Positions 63,827 through 64,000 of a stretch of DNA of 64,000 bases are shown here, one piece after another. Source of the DNA: Candidatus Marinacidobacterales bacterium. Lineage in GTDB: Bacteria > Acidobacteriota > Vicinamibacteria > Marinacidobacterales > SMYC01. The notes beneath the pieces were generated by a model, which was not told the DNA's origin, did not search any database, and saw nothing but the letters and a program-made list of their open reading frames with translations. Position 1 is the first letter of the stretch. Each line of letters begins with the position of its first letter. The DNA lies in the NCBI GenBank assembly GCA_965237955.1, contig OZ250169.1, positions 1,056,001 through 1,120,000 of the forward strand, written 5' to 3'. The position numbers were made by a program, and so were the translations under genes.

Positions 63827-64000
63827 TCAAACGACGCCGGACACGCGCAACAGCTGGAACGCTCCCAGCCCAATGACGACGAGCACCACCGCGCCCGCGA
63901 GCAGGTTGGCAAACCATCTGTTCCGATAGCGCCCGAGCAGTGACCGGTCGTTCACGACGACGAGCAGGAAGATGGCGATGAGCGGCAGCAGAAGCCCATT
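63827..64000 (-). CDS. Nramp-family transporter C-terminus (partial)
   Basis: NGLLLPLIAIFLLVVVNDRSLLGRYRN..LRVSGVV*. Confidence 0.7.
   Translation of the reverse strand, partial: NGLLLPLIAIFLLVVVNDRSLLGRYRNRWFANLLAGAVVLVVIGLGAFQLLRVSGVV

Overview
A GC-rich bacterial region dominated by mobile DNA. The resident gene types suggest Acidobacteriota, but that is inference. It holds IS630 x3, IS5/IS903-like x4, ISL3 x2, IS21, IS200, IS6, IS1-like x2, ISAzo13, IS3 and IS110 remnants, two rve-integrase elements with ~100-bp terminal inverted repeats (TIRs), several MITEs and a group II intron 3' remnant. Between these lie intact or truncated host genes (PPK2, amidohydrolase, Ser/Thr kinase, sulfatases, Clp ATPase) and many secreted or outer-membrane genes (S9 peptidase, GH32, zincin-like protein, TonB receptor, beta-barrels). 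Four observations stand out. (1) One ~270-bp module (transposon end, putative promoter, RBS, signal peptide) is fused in frame to two unrelated enzymes. (2) The two TIRs of each rve element match each other better than they match the equivalent end of the sister copy. (3) An 8.7-kb inversion, strongly supported by a split 9-bp target duplication, breaks a ParB/HATPase-like fusion gene; undoing it lines up three secreted hydrolases in one orientation. (4) A tRNA-3'-like att core occurs twice, each with a different short-repeat array. No rRNA, intact tRNA or CRISPR array was seen. All comparisons were made by eye, and assembly artefacts cannot be excluded in such repetitive DNA.
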